The notes under the pieces: model-generated
Seen by the model: the letters and a program-made list of their open reading frames with translations, nothing else
Database searches by the model: none
Told to the model about the DNA's origin: nothing
DNA from: Psammoneis japonica
Lineage: Eukaryota
Assembly: GCA_008632985.1 (NCBI GenBank)
Contig: QPGO01000033.1
Span: 558,001 to 622,000 of the forward strand
Reading direction: 5' to 3'
Length of the DNA: 64,000 bases
Translations under genes and position numbers: made by a program
Shown: piece after piece, positions 51,526 to 63,264 of the stretch
How the letters are laid out: each line of letters starts with the position of its first letter
Position numbering within the stretch: position 1 is the stretch's first letter

Positions 51526-54082
51526 CGCCATGGCATCAGCAGAAGGCTCCCATCTCAGGGGTGATGTGAGTTCCAGCCGGGGAAGGTTCTCCAGATCCTC
51601 CTTTGTTGGCTTGTGTGAGTCAAAAACTGAAGGAACACCTCGCATGTGCAACGGCATCCTAATCTTCGAGTCAGGGAAAGCAACAGAGTGTGCACTGTTA
51701 GAATCAAACTGTCGAGGGGTGTCGTGGGCAGTCAGTCCATTTGCTCGCAGTTGGTTGGGGCACAGCAGATTGTCAGTCATCCTGTCCCCGAAAAACATGG
51801 CCTCATGGGCTGACAGCAGGTGTGGTTGTCCATCAGTTGGATCAACCTGCACAGCAGCAGCCGTGCAAATGGGAATGTTTTTCATTGGCGCGTGCTCTTC
51901 GAAGCAAGGGTGCACCATGACAGTGCGGTCGATGTCAGAGTGCATTGCAAAATTGGACCCAACAGCACACGCATCAGCATGCGAGTCCAAGTCATTGGTT
52001 GCTTCACCATCTGAATGTCCAGCAGATGACAAAGAGACACACACATCCTTTGAGAATTGCCCAGACAAATGCACAGTGCCAGCAGGTTCAGCAACAGTCG
52101 GCTCTGTGCTTTTTGGTGCTGGCGCAACTGTTCATGCCTCTTTCTGAGGTTTCTTGTGGGCGCTGCGTCTGAACTGCTTGCCTTCGTTGGCAGCAGGTTT
52201 GCCTGACTCTTTGGAGTCCTTTTGTTCATCAGCAGGTTTGGGTTCAGGCTCGGCGACAGCCACCTTTTTAACAGTGCAAGTTTCGACATCAACCGACTCA
52301 GCCTCTGAAGATGCAGCTGCTGCTTTGCATTTCTTCTTGGCTTTTTTGGCCTCACAGAGCTTCTTGACTTGCTCTTGCTCAGGACCATCAAGAGCACTCC
52401 ACTCTTCAATGGGACAGTGGCCTGCCCTGATCCTGGGCTTGTCCTTTTTTGGTTGGTGCTTGCATCCAGGGTTTCTGCACCAGTTGTTGTGGCGTTGGAC
52501 GGATGCGATTCCGCCAGCATCAGCATTGCAGTTCTCAGCATTTTCTGCCAGAGTCTTCACACGCTGCTGGCATGCTTCGAAATCCACTGGCTTTGTTGGG
52601 TCTCCATCCACTGCACTCTTGCCAGTCTCCAACCCAGGGTCGGAGACACCCTTGAGAAAGTCAGAGACCTTCTTGGTCTTGGCTGCCGGCTCATCAAGCT
52701 TGGACAAGTCATTGCGAGCTTTCTGATGGCATTGAGCGTGCTGGTCGAAAGTGAAACAACCCCATCCAGTGCACTTTGCGGCAGCAATCTGTGCACAGGC
52801 ACGGTTTTTTGGGGTGGTGGCAGCAGCCGATCCTTCCGCCTGCCTCTTGAGTGCAAAGAAGGCAGTGCGACCATTGTGGTTGTGATTGGAAGGTTTGACA
52901 AAAGCCCACCCGGCCCCCCCTGTCACTGGCTTCTTCAAGAGATCACACAGGCATTGCCTGTCCTGTGTGTGCTGAGCTCCTGCAAGTCGAGTGGTGGCAA
53001 TGAGGTCTTTGTCAATGGCAGAGCAGGTGGCAGCCAACATTTTGGCAGTGGCGTCTTCATGCTCCCCAGCCAGGCAGACAAGGGGTGTGCCGGCAATGGC
53101 ACTGTGGTGATGGCGTGGCTCACTCTCCAGCAACTCTTGGAAGGCAGGCCAGCCATGCAGATTCTTGAGTTCCACGGCCGTCTTGGCAGCCAACACATCG
53201 TCCGAGTCCGCTGACTTGAATTGTTCCAGTTCTGTGAGACGTGCCATCCATGTCCCAATGACGTCACCAGCAAAGAGAGCAGCAGTCGGCTGTTGGTTTC
53301 GGGCTCTGTGGCAGTCAACCCATGTGCGCAGTGCCTTGAACTTGCGATTCACCAGGTGTGGGAAGTGGACTTGCGGGTTGGCGGTGGCATCCACGCTTTT
53401 CACAATGCCCTCAGTCACAGCAGCAATCTCTGCCAAAGGGGCCTGTTCCAAGTCCTGAACAGCAGCAAAGCCTTTGCCGGCTGTGCAGGTGCGCGTCTGC
53501 ACATTGCATCCACAATGCACAAGACAAGCGGCAAAGGCCGCGGCAGCGGCCGCCGTGTGTCAGCAGTCACTTGCATTTCGATGCGTGAGCATCCACTTGT
53601 GTGAGTGGAGAAAAGTGAGAAAAGATTTGGTGGTTTCTGCTTGGCAACCCCGTGAGCAGGTGGTGTCACTCCTGAGCAACAATTTCCAACAGACGTGCAC
53701 CCACATGTGCAGTGTGTCCAAACCATTTGACAGCGCACTTTGGTCAAACAAATGCGCACAGTCAATTGACAGACCTCAGCACACAAATCATTGTGTTGTC
53801 TTCATCACAAATGTTTGCATGTCTCAGCCAACATGTTCCATCCACGTGATCAAACATTCCGTCCACTGACGTCATGTCCAGCGGATCACAGCTCTGGTCT
53901 CCAAGAGCGTGTCGTTCACATCCATGAATGTTGGCATGTGCAAAAGACTCAGCGATTGCGTGAGCAACCATGGGACCAACATGGCTCTTGCCACAAAAAT
54001 CGATCAATCGCAACGTGCCGTTGCGCTGTTTGCGATGCCCGTTCCAGACGATGAACATCACAGTGCATTGGCTCTGACAAAG

Positions 54083-54266
54083 TGAACAAATGCCACCATG
54101 ACAGCCAAGAACTGGGCACAGGACAAGACAGGGTGTTGGACAGCATCAACAGGTTCTAGAGCTGTGAGATGTTGCGCTGCTGGGACCACCAAACAAGTGA
54201 CAGTGGACCAATCGCCAACAGCACATGAACTGCCCACATTTGTAACAGCATGTCAGCATTTGTTCA
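54083..54266 (-). repeat. 5' LTR (184 bp) of copia A3/4, followed on the minus strand by PBS-like ctttgtcagagcc
   Basis: Matches 12988-13171 and 32826-33009. Confidence 0.9.
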
Positions 54267-54485
54267 TGATTTTGCACCCTTTGCGATTTTGCACCCTTTG
54301 CCGCCACATTGCGCCCTTTGCGATTTTGCACCCTTTGCCGCCATTTTGTGCCCTTGGTCATTTTGTGCCCTTTGCGATTTTACATCCTTTGTGATTTTGC
54401 ACACTTTGCCGCCATTTTGCGCCCTTTGTGATTTTGCGCCCTTGGCCATTTTGTGCCCTTTGTGATTTTGTGCCCTTTGCCGCCA
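54267..54485. repeat. Distal remnant of minisatellite 2
   Basis: Same 17/20-bp units, in the same orientation as 38795-41262. Confidence 0.9.
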
Positions 54486-54769
54486 TCACATGTGGTGCAT
54501 TTGGGATGGGAGGGTTCAGGTTTGGGTCATGAGGTGGCACAAAACGCTTCCGGTTGAATGACAGACCCCACCTGATTGATGCCAAGTGGCCGTGGTTGAA
54601 GGACAGACCACACAAAAATGGATGCGCACCCGTGTCTGTTTCTCATCCACAGTCGAACTCAGGACATGCATTTGCCAAAGCTGTCGATGCAATTTTGCTC
54701 CTGTCAACAGACAGACCATGCAAAATGGATGCGTGCCCGCATCTAATTCGCATCCACAGTCAAGCTCAG

Positions 54770-57700
54770 GACACGGCCTCATTGTCGCAGAAGACGTTGG
54801 CGGAGCCATCGATGGGAGCACCCATCATGTGAAGCTTGTGTCGAAAGGCCTCGATCTGCTCCACGGCAATTTTCATCACAACAAATTCCACATTCCTGAA
54901 AACGTGATTGATTGAAGGTCAGTTCCGTGTCATCGAACACCATCGCTGACCTGGCATGTGCCTTCAAACAGGCAAAGATGTGAAACTCCTCATCCAGGTG
55001 CCCAACCCTTGGTGCTGCCAAGCAAGAAGACAGAAGAGAGACTGGCGCTGCAATGTCAGTGCGCCCCAGTTCCACCACCCAACACAAAACGCCAATGAGT
55101 CCCTGGAAACAAGTCGCCCTTCGGGCATCCAGCTCAGGTGCAGCGTCAAGTTCAGGGTGATGCCCCAAACTCAATGGCGTTGTGACTCTCTTCTTGAGTC
55201 CCCGGCCTGCACGGCCGAGTTCAAACTCAATGTTGGCAGTGGCCCGCTTGACACACAAGTTAGATGAAAGGGCCCAACATGTTTTGCCGTCCGAGTCAGA
55301 TGGTTGGAACTTCTTCACTTCGGCACCCAGGTGCTCTTCCGGTTCCTTGACGCTTCCCTCTTTTAGCACATGTCTCAAAGCCATGTAATCCATGAACTTC
55401 TGGGGTTCATGCGAGACAACCAGCAGGTCATCTGCATGTGCAAGCATGCATTCCCAGCACTTGAAGCCATCCAGCTTGGCATTCTTGTGCATCCACACAT
55501 CGGGATCACCCTTGCCACAGGTGAATCCCACGAGCCTTGGCGTTGCTGCCACATGTTCCCTAAAAGCAGCGCCGGAACTCTTCAGTCCGCACAGGGCCCT
55601 GACAATTTCAACGGGTCGACCGACACTCTGCTTGCCAAAGTCCAGGCCAGCAATTGTGCAACAGCACTCCTTCATTGGTGCATTCAGACGAGCATTCTGA
55701 ATGTTGGCACACATGACTTCCAAGTCATTCAGAGCTGCTGTCGTGTGGCCTCCAGCCACGTGTTGCGCTTTCCTGTTCAAGTCCAACTTGATGTCAAACA
55801 CCAAGTGGCACTTAATTTCCTTGTGTCCCATCTGGTCATCATCGACAAATTCGAAGGCTGGCATTGCATTGTGCATCTCCTTCTCAATTGCATTTCCCCG
55901 CAGGTCAAGCCCAGACTGTTCATCCAGCATCAAGGCCTGCTCCACGGATTTTGGCAATTCGACACCGAATTTGTGAGTGCGCTTCCAGCACCTGGTCTTG
56001 ACTTTCATGACCATCCTGGCATGACGACGCAACATGTCTCGAACCCACCAGTTGAACGCTGGCTCACCAGCCATCTCATTTGCAACAGCATGCTCCGTGA
56101 CTTGGACAGGGAATGATTCTTTTGCCTCCGACAAAGGGAGCCAACTAGAGCTTCCATCTTTCCACTCAAACTGTGTGTCCCAGTCAATCGTCGTTCGGCG
56201 GGGCCTGCGCGTGCCACTCTTTGTGACAAAGAAACCATCATCTTTGTGCACTGTGCATGCGTCACTTTGGTGACCTGCAATCTCTTTGACAATTTGGCAA
56301 GATCGTCCCTCCCCTTCAACCTGGGAGCAGATGTTCTCAGCAATTAAATTGGCTGTGAACATGTCGGCAGATCTGTCTGGGAACTCTACCTCGCAAAGCC
56401 GTGAATCCAGGACAGGCTTTTTGTGCCGCTTCCCTGTCTGATTTCCATCCGCAACGCGCTTCCTGGCAACAACTTTTGCGTGCTGCAGCTCACCAGCTCG
56501 TGTGAGCCTAAGTTCCACCGCCAGACACTCATCCATTGCCTCCGGCGTGAACTCATCTGCTTCCAGATGAGTTGCATCTTCTTTGAATGGCTCTGCATTG
56601 GCATCTTCCTTGCCAAATGGGTCTTCGGGTGGTTCTGGGAACTTGTCACTCCCTTCCTGACCGTCCCCTGGCCTGAGTTTCAGACTGGCATCGAGATGCT
56701 CAATCTTTTGCCAAATCGCATTGGTCTTCAAGTCATCCTCAGGCAGAGCCCACACATCCTTCCAAATGATGGGTGTGCCTGATTCAGGTGGGATCACAAA
56801 TGCCATGTCATCTGCACAGTTTTCTGTGACACCTGACCAGCGCCCGATGCACTTCCTTTCAAAGGGAAATTTTGCCTGAAATGTCATAAAGTGCACCGGC
56901 TGGCACCAGTTGAAGAGGGCATGAGCTGAGACGTCTGGTGTTGAACCCGTGATGTCCTCTTTGGGGACTTTCCCATCCATTTCCGGATGCTCAGAGGCCG
57001 TGAGCCTCCTGACAGCCATGGCCCACTTGGCACAGCAGGACCAGCAGCGTTTTGGCGCATTCGTGCGCCTTGTTGCAATCCGCACTTTCTTCTTCAGCTC
57101 ACGAATGGAGGCTTCGGCCAAGTTCTGCCGTGGACTGCAAGGAACAGCAACCCCTTGTTTGATCTGGCACCCCAATGATTCGTAATGGGATCCGGACCTT
57201 GGAGTCCGGGAAGGCAATTGAATGAGTGCTGGAGCTGCCAAACTGCTTTGGCACATCATGCACCATCAAGCCGTCAGCATGGAGCTGATTGGGACATGTC
57301 AGTGAGTGTTTCATCCTGTCCCCAATGTGCATGGCCTCATTCAAGATGAGGAGGTGTGGCTGACCAGAACTTGGGTCAACCCAGACAGCAGCAACCGTCT
57401 GCATCGGGATGTTGTTGATCGGGTCACATTCACTGGAATGTGGATGTGCAGTGAAAGCACGAGAGGGGTCAGAGAAGGGAACACAGCTGGATCCTGCAAT
57501 GCATGTGTCGGCATGCGTGTCCAGCTTGTTGAAAAGGGAGTTGTCACCTGCATCAGTGTTGACTGAAGCTGTGTGTCTTAAGGATTTAGCAAAAGGCACA
57601 GACACATTTCCATTGGTGCAGACAGAAGCAGCATCACAAGAATTGATTTGAGACTCCATTTTAACTTCTACAAGGTTGTTGTCCTTGCTCATTGGCGCAA

Positions 57701-59846
57701 CCTTTCATTCCTTTTTCTTGGCTTCCGCAATGCTTGCAGCTGCAGGCTTGTGTGCTTTGCGCCCAAACTGATTCCCAGCATCGGCACCCCCTTTTTCCTT
57801 CGAGGTTTTCTCCTTTTCAACGTCCTTGGGATCAGCAACCGTCACCTTGGAATGTTTCCTCAGAGGTTCTTCGGTTTCCTCCGTTTTCAGAGCAGCAGCT
57901 TGGCGCTTCTTCTCACGCTTCTTCTTCTCCCGAAGCTCATTGACTTTGGCCTTCTCCTCTTGGTTGAGGTCATCCCATTCTTCCTTGGGACAATGGCCTG
58001 CCCTGATCCGGGGCTTGTCTTTCACCTTGCCTTTTCCCTGGCCTTGGTTCCTGTTCCTGGCGTTGTCCCGTTCCAATGCCACGATCTGGCGGTGATCCGT
58101 TGCCCGATTCTTTGAGTTCTCAACCAGTGTCTTCATGTGCTGTTGACACAGCTCAAAGCTGGAGAGTTTTGCCTTGTCGCCATCTGCGACGCTCTTTCCA
58201 ATCTCCAACCTTGGGTCCGTGATTCCCTTCAGGAAATCTGAGACCTTCTTGGTCTCTGCCACCGGCTCATGCTGGTTGAATGCATGACGACCATGCCCAG
58301 CGCATTTTGCGGCAGTGATCTGAGCATGCATGCGGTTCTTGAGTGGTTTGATCAAGGCCCGCCCTGGCCCATCAATGATCAGTTTTTTCAAGAGATCACA
58401 GACCTGCTTGTTGTCAGTGTCATGCAAATTCCCTCAATGGATCGTGGCAGCGTCAAGGTCCTTGTCGACGTTCGAATGAGTGGCATTGTGCACCTCATTG
58501 TTGACTTCCGAAGTCTCGCGAACAACGCACAAAAGTGGAACGCCCGTAACTGCATTACGGCGGTGCTGGAGCTTGGTCCCAAACAGCTCGTCCCAATTGT
58601 AAAAATCGTGCATCTGACTCAGAGGTGTAGCGCTTGGGGAGTTGTCATCTGATTTGTCCTTCTGGATGTTCGACAATTCACTCAGACACTCTGTTCAGCA
58701 AGTGATTGCAGCGTTGTTGAAAGCTTGGGCCTGCCTTGGCTGTCCACGTGTCGTTTGACAATCCAGAAAAGCTCAAAATGCCTTGAACTTCCTGATCAAA
58801 AGGTGTGGGAACTGCACAGCTGGGTTGTCAACAGCGTCCTTGACGAATCCCTTGACCATGTCTCCGACCTCGGACAGTGGGATTTGGTGGCAGGAATCAG
58901 CATCGGTGATCCCTTGCACCACAACATGGGCCCTGGTGGCATCGTCAAACCCAATCCGGGTGAGGGCTGCACCAAAAGCGACAGCGGCAGCCATTGTGCA
59001 GTCAAAACAACCCCGTCAGAGGCACGACATGCGTGTGTGCGTGTTTCGTTTCGATTTTCTCACGCCAACGGCAAAAGTTGGCTCTGCCAATGACATTGAA
59101 ACCGGCAAATTAACGGAGTGTCAATTTCCTCAACAACTCCACACTCAACATGTCCCAGCGCACATCAGCACTGCGCACACATTAAATTGTTTCCAATGAT
59201 TGATTTCCGTTGTGCACTGCTCAGGTCCAATGAGTGAACTGTGTTCACATTCACAACTGTGTCACATTTGCAGTGAACAATTTCGATTGAAGTGAGGTCA
59301 TGGTGTGTCTTTCCATTGTGCATTTGGTGCGCGATCGCCAACGGCAAAAGTTGGCTCAACCAACGACATTGAGACCGGCAAATCAACGGAGTGTCAATTT
59401 CCTCAACAGTTCCATGCTCAACACATCCCAGTGCACATCTGCATTGCACGCACATCGAATCGTTTCCAACGATTGATTTCCGTTGCACATTGCTCAGGTC
59501 CAACGAGCGAGTTGTGTTCACATTCACAACTGTGTCACATTTGCAGTGAACAATTTCGATTGCGCGAGCGTCCATGGACCATGGCGCTTGCCGCAAAAAT
59601 CGAAAGAATGGCCGCCATGCCATTGCCCATTCCAGGCTGCAGAACAAAGAGAGACGTCATTGGCTCTGACAAAGTGAGCAATTCACGCCACAGTCTCCAG
59701 GAATTTGACAAGATGTGATGGAAAATGTTGGCACGGCAATCAACAGGTTCTAGAAAATTGTGAGGTCATTCCATGCCACCCTCTGTGTCAGTGACAGTGA
59801 TGGTCTTTGCCAAACACCACACTCAGCAACAGCATGACTGCACTCA
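54770..59846 (-). mobile_element. Copia family B (related to A): putative 5' LTR 59675-59846, UTR with ~270-bp duplication, gag from 58994, protease, partial integrase, RT and partial RNase H
   Basis: MAAAVAFGAALTRIG, LDTHADTC, SPRQNLAE, ALCGLKSSG, HADD (55427-55438). Same PBS-like sequence at 59662-59674; LTR shares atcaacaggttctaga with family A. Confidence 0.9.
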
Positions 59847-59849
59847 CTG

Positions 59850-62800
59850 AGCAAAATGTTTTGGCACAACATCGTCTCAGGGTGATGCCAACCAAGGACG
59901 TGCAAAACCAACAAGTTGACTGCAATGTAAAAAGTTGACTCCATCATGATGCTCCATTTAAGAGGGCGGTCCAGAGACAGCCCGCTGCACTTTTTGCACA
60001 GAAACTGCACGAGAGCCAAGCAAGTGCATTCCTGCACAGACGCAGCACAAAAACAGAAAGCATGGCATGCCCATCAGCGACTCACGACAACACCACGTGA
60101 TGACCATGCATCAAAATGGAGTCGTCCACATCTTTTTTGCAGCTCCTCTTTCACTTGCTCGATTGCTCCAAAAGGGCCAGGGAAAGCTCGTGTGCTTCTG
60201 TCATGATGGATCAATGTAAACCAAAGTTGTTCTTTTTGTTCTGCAACATCAGAGTGCAGTGCAACAGATTGTCAAGGCGCACCCGCACGTTGGCTGTGCT
60301 GTCAGCCAAATCAACACCATTTGCCGTTCACTCACTCGACAAATTACAAAGCTGATGATTCTTGTTGGCTGAAACTCTTGAGCTGCTTTTGAGACTTGAC
60401 ACAATGACCCACTTGTCCCATCCTTCACCCTCCACATTTCATCAGAGGCCGCAACACAGTGTTGTTCACTTTCCTTTGTAAATTTTGGAACATTGAATTG
60501 CACAAAAGTGTGTCATCATTGTCCAACTTCAACAAAAATTTTAAGAGTCAAGTTGAATTTCTCATTTCCTTTTTGTGTGTGCAATTGTTGCCTTTTTGTT
60601 TTGACCCAAATTTGCCAAAGACTTTCAATGCACATTTTGTCATCAAAAAATGAGTTTTGTTTTGATGAATTTGTTGCACATTCATGGAAACGTCAACTTT
60701 GACAGTGCTTTTCAATGGCTCCACCGCAGTCTTGCGTGGCCCTGACAAAGAGAGAAGGGGCAGGAGGACTTGCCGTGCCTGCCAATGTCAAGACTGCAAA
60801 GGACGTGGAGGCAAACATTTGTGTGAGCACCAGATGCATCCACAGTTGGGAAATCAACACTGCACTGCTGTCGTGCCATTCAGCTAGACCAGCAATCACC
60901 AGCAAGAGTGACCATAAACTTGCCTTCTGTTGGCACAAAAAGCAAACATGCCCTCATGACAAGTGCACCCATTTCCATCTCTCGCTGCTGTTTTGACTTT
61001 CGACCGGCATCCCAAGAGTGACACCATGGCCCGACGGCATCACGCAGCCCCTCGGCATTTCCACAGCCCCCCCCCTTTCCCAAGGTCCATTGATGGCATT
61101 GTTGCATTGCAGCCCCTGCTCGCAGCTGTGATTTGTTGTGTGCTCTTCAGCAAAGTTGATTTTGTGTTCCCAACATCTGTCGATGGCGTCACCGTGGCCC
61201 AGCTCCTTGCCAACCGTGTGAGAATCAAGCAATGCCAACAGCAGCAAAAACACAGAAGGAGCTTTCACCCATTTTTGGACTTTCTCACCTCTGTTTTCTT
61301 GGACACACAATGTCAGAGTAAAATGTGGAATTGACCTGCATTGGCGTTGTTTGCAAGAGAAGGTTTGACGGCAATGATCAAGCATCGGCTGCTTCTGCGC
61401 CATCATGGTGGTTTTTTGTGATGATTTTCTGCGCTGCGTTGTCTCACTTGAATGTGGAAAACTGTTTTGCATTCATTGTTGCTTTGTTTCTACAAAGTTT
61501 GTGTCTTTTTCATGTTTGTTGGAGGCACACTAAAGAATCAGATTTTTTGCATCAAAACGAAGCATGACAACACACACTTGGACTTGCAGCACTGAACTCT
61601 TTCTCCCTTCTTTTCCCTTTTCCTGTCTTCTCCTCTCTCTCTCCTCCCCTCCTCTTTTGTGTTCTGTCAATGACACCAAAAAATTGCCTTGTTTTCACCT
61701 GTGCCCACCAGTTTTCCAGTCAGCAGCTCCCTGCCTGCATTTTGGCACATTTTCTGCATGTGCAATGCTCTGCCCATTTCACAGCAGCGCACCCTCTCCC
61801 CAAAATGCATTTGACAAGAGGGTGTGCTGTTGTGTTGTTTGTCAGCAGCAGATCCTGAACCAATTTCATGGTGCTCACCTTTCGTCGCATGTTGCGAGAC
61901 ATCAGTTTGGAGTGAACTTTCCAATCGACAGATTCGCATGCTGGGTCAGACCATCTGCACTTCTCCTGCACATGTTGGATCAGAGCTGGGCTGGAAGCTT
62001 TGCAACGGAGAACTGATTTAAATTTCAAGCACACCTGAGCCGAAAAATGTCCGGAGAGACAGAAAAGGAACAGCAGAACCGCGTGCTTCTCCACCGTGAC
62101 ATCCAGGCAATGGCAGAATTTGTTCACACGATCATTGCCGGAGACAACCCAAATGATCCCACATCTGGTCAGCCTTGTTTCTGATTTTTACGTTGCAAAA
62201 GTCTCCAAAGTTTGATCAACGATCAAGCCCAAGACCTCCACAGTGCCCATTTTGTCACTGACATTGTCATGCGTCACGTTCAGTGCAAACCCAAGGACAT
62301 GGACTGTCGGTTCCTGAAGATTTTCTGTCATGTCAATGCCCAAAAGGAATGGTGCCTCTTTGTCAACAGCTTTCCGGATGCATGCAATGCTGACGATCCT
62401 GGTTCCCAGGTGGATGAGATCAAGGGGTTCCTTGGTGACCCAACCGGCAACATCAAGAACACGGTGATGATGCAAGGCGATTCCCTTGCACGCCGGGAGG
62501 CTCATGAAGAAAAAATCAATTCCATGTTGAATCATGAATTTGAGAACCGTTGTCCCAAGGAGCAAAATGGCATCTGGCCTGGGCACAGCAAGCAGCTCAC
62601 AATGCTTTGTTGCAGAATGCACGATCAGAGGGCCGACTGCTTGGAAGATGATGACAAACAACATTGCAAATCTAAAACCAAACGCAAAATTAAGAGGATC
62701 CGCAAAGATGGCACCTGTTTGTGCGATGGCAAGCAACCCGCCCACCTCCCACCTTTTGCCTTTCTGCCTGCATCTGTCATCTCAATGTCCCTTCTCACAC

Positions 62801-62927
62801 TCCATGGTTGCACACGCCTCACCAGAGCCTTCCTTGACCGTCCCTGACAAGAAGGCCAAGCCTGCATCTCACTCGAAACCAGCACCTCCTTCATTGTCTG
62901 GTGATGTGCCATTGTCTGGGGAGGGAG
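59850..62927. other. TpA-depleted decayed coding-like sequence, unassigned
   Basis: Broken frames such as RRTCRACQCQDCKGRGG near 60770 and 62212-62847; no domain recognised. Confidence 0.3.
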
Positions 62928-63264
62928 GAAGCGTTCCAGGCGCAGGTGGGAATCCGTGTGACATTGGGCCCGCAGAATTCTGCGTGCGAGCTCCGCAGTA
63001 AAATCACACGGCAATTAAAATGTGAAGTGCATCGTTTTTTACTCAGCCAGCTACATTCTTCAACCATTGAAGAGCGCAACTGGTGCATTGTTGTTTCCAC
63101 AAATTCGTCACACAAAACATCTGGGGCTTCGCAAAACAGTGCTTCTGGACAATTTTTTAAAATGTCACATGTGGAAATGCATGTGCGAAACATGCGACGG
63201 ATGACAAAAATCATTTGTGTCACACGTCAGTGCTGCGAGCTCCCACCTGGGGCTGAAACGCGTC
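62928..63264 (+). mobile_element. MITE (337 bp), TSD GGAG
   Basis: ggag|gaagcgttccaggcgcaggtggga ... tcccacctggggctgaaacgcgtc|ggag. Confidence 0.9.

Larger units (their letters stand above)
41263..54266 (-). mobile_element. Copia family A copy A3/4: 5' LTR, gag, protease, integrase and partial RT; split by three nested insertions and truncated at 3' end against minisatellite 2
   Basis: Segments 54266-51526, 49945-49715, 48758-48354 and 42993-41263 are collinear with A2 and join cleanly when the inserts are removed. Confidence 0.85.

Noticed and set aside
32821..54271. LTRs at 32826 and 54266 as the two ends of one element
   Set aside because: The flanks (caacc and tgatt) form no TSD, and two separate gag regions lie between them.
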